A stretch of 64,000 nucleotides of DNA from Squalus acanthias (Eukaryota), in contig CM059432.1 in assembly GCA_030390025.1 (NCBI GenBank), positions 82,400,001 through 82,464,000 of the forward strand, given 5' to 3'. Below the pieces are notes generated by a model. That model had not been told where the DNA came from and did not search any database. It saw only the letters and a list, made by a program, of their open reading frames with translations. Positions 62,320 through 64,000 of this stretch are shown piece by piece. Position numbers and translations under genes: made by a program. Numbering within the stretch: position 1 is the first letter of the stretch; each line of letters opens with the position of its first letter.

Positions 62320-63944
62320 CGAAATGGTACAATTTTAAAGGGGGTGCAGCAACAAAGAGAACTGGGGGTTCATACACACAAATCTTAGAGGGTGGCAGCA
62401 CAAGCCGATAAGGCTGTTAAAAAAGCATATGGGATCCTGGGCTTTATAAATAGAGGCATGGGGGGGAATTTTAACCCACCCCCCCTCCACACGATAAGCA
62501 GGAGAGCGTTGGAGGGTGGGTTAAATCGGCCAATATGTGAAACCCGACCCCAACATGCTGTGAACACGCCTGCTTCCATTTTAACCGCGACGTGTTTGAG
62601 GTGTCCGAGTAACCCACTCTAGAGAGGCGGGTCAGTCATTATAATATCTTAATGAGGCTCCGTTCGTTATATTTTGGCAGCCATTTGAATTTAACGCTGG
62701 CCAGCTGGGTACTGCAGGGCTTGGGAAACCCGGCATCTAAAGAGATCCGGGAGCAGCTGGATCCAGCAGCTAAGTGCTTTTCCAGCACTGCTTGTGGGCC
62801 ACGAGGACCAGGAGTGCTCCTCCCGGCCCCTCAAGCAAATCTTCTGTCATGATCGAGCAACTCTCCCCCCTCCCCCAACCCTGCGATCTCTCCCGGTCCC
62901 CCTTTCCTCCCGATTGCCAGTCCGACTCTGCCCCACCAATCTGTGATCTCTCCCGGTTGCCGGGGACTGTCCCCGGCTGTGGCCTTCTACCGCTGGCTTT
63001 CCCGCCCGGCAGCCAACCTGCCTGTCAATCTGGCCGGCTGCCAGGCAGGAAATGAAGTTAAAAAAAGATAATGATGTGGTCCTGCCGTTAAATTCAGCAG
63101 GACCTCCGCATTTCAGACGTTTCCAGGTTTCCCCCATAAACACTTGCCCGCTCCCTCCCAGCCTCCCGATAAATATCGTGGCCACAGAGTACAAAAGCAA
63201 GGAAGTTATGCTAAACCTTTATAAATCACTGGTTAGGCCTCAGCTGGAGTATTGTGTCCTATTCTGGGCACCACACTTTAGGAAAGATGTCAAGTCCTTG
63301 GAGAGGGTGCAGAGGAGATTTACTAGGATAAAGGGGAGCCAGTGGATGTAGTATATTTGGATTTCCAAAAGGCATTCGATAAGGTGCCACATAAAAGGTT
63401 GTTAAGCAAGATAAGGGCACATGGAGTTGGGGGTAATGTATTAGCATGGATAAAGGATTGGTTAATGGACAGAAAACAGAGAGTAGGGATAAATGGGTCA
63501 TTTTCAGATTGGCAGGCTGTAATTAGTGGAGTGCCGCAAGGATCAGTGCTGGGGCCTCAGCTGTTTACAATCTATATTAATTACTTAGATGAAGGGACCG
63601 AGTACAATACAATGTATCCAAGTTTGCTGACAATACAAAGCTAGATGGAAAAGTAAGATGTGAGGAGGACGCAAAGAGCCTGCAAAGGGATATAGACAGG
63701 TTAAGTGAGTGGGCAATAAGGTGGCAGATGTAGTATAATGTGGGGAAATGTGAGGTTATCACTTTGGTAGGAAGAATAGAAAAACAGAATATTTTTTAAA
63801 TGGTGAGAAACTATTAAATGTTGGTGTCCAGAGAGATTTAAGTGTCCTAGTACAAGAAACACACACAGTTAGCATGCAGGTACAGCAATCAATTAGGAAG
63901 GCAAATGGCATGTTGGCCTTTATTGCTAGAGGGTTGGAGTACAA
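62320..63944 (+). mobile_element. Two juxtaposed CR1 RT fragments, the first split by a MITE
   Basis: KKAYGILGFINRG|EYKSKEVML across the insert. A second fragment starts at about 63326 ([16 protein letters not shown]). Confidence 0.88.
62460..63183. mobile_element. Harbinger-type MITE, about 724 bp
   Basis: Termini GGGGGGAATTTT / GGCCACGATATTT; flanks CAT/CAC. The CR1 frame rejoins across it. Confidence 0.78.
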
Positions 63945-64000
63945 GGGGGGGAAATTCGGTTGGTTTGCGCCCCCCGTTAGCGCCTTAAGAGGGCGTTAAT
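63945..64000 (+). mobile_element. Start of a Harbinger MITE (family of 36187), running off the window
   Basis: CAA|GGGGGGAAATTCGGTTGGTTTGCGCCCCCCGTTAGCGCC matches the start of 36187. Confidence 0.75.

Overview
Vertebrate genomic DNA, most likely from a shark or other cartilaginous fish; this is inferred from the repeat content (CR1 and L2 LINEs, Deu-domain SINEs, Penelope, many Harbinger elements), and the species cannot be determined. The only host coding sequence I can support is one 133-bp internal exon of SLCO5A1/OATP5A1 on the minus strand (22971-23103). The rest of the window therefore appears to be two very large introns that are mostly transposon-derived. They contain about 19 CR1 pieces (one near full-length with ORF1 and ORF2), three L2 pieces, an Ingi/Vingi-like LINE, a Penelope element with an open GIY-YIG frame and 14-bp TSD, SINEs, two Tigger/pogo-like MITEs, two hAT MITEs, and over a dozen PIF/Harbinger elements and MITEs, often deeply nested. 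The most notable non-coding signals are three minimal type-I hammerhead ribozyme motifs. Two lie in ~125-bp TSD-flanked non-autonomous retroelements near the exon, and one of these is sense in the host pre-mRNA. Also notable are a diverse Harbinger population with short degenerate termini, non-canonical 3-bp TSDs and clustered 5' splice-site motifs, and a local ~190-bp duplication captured inside a MITE. Boundaries without a stated TSD are approximate.
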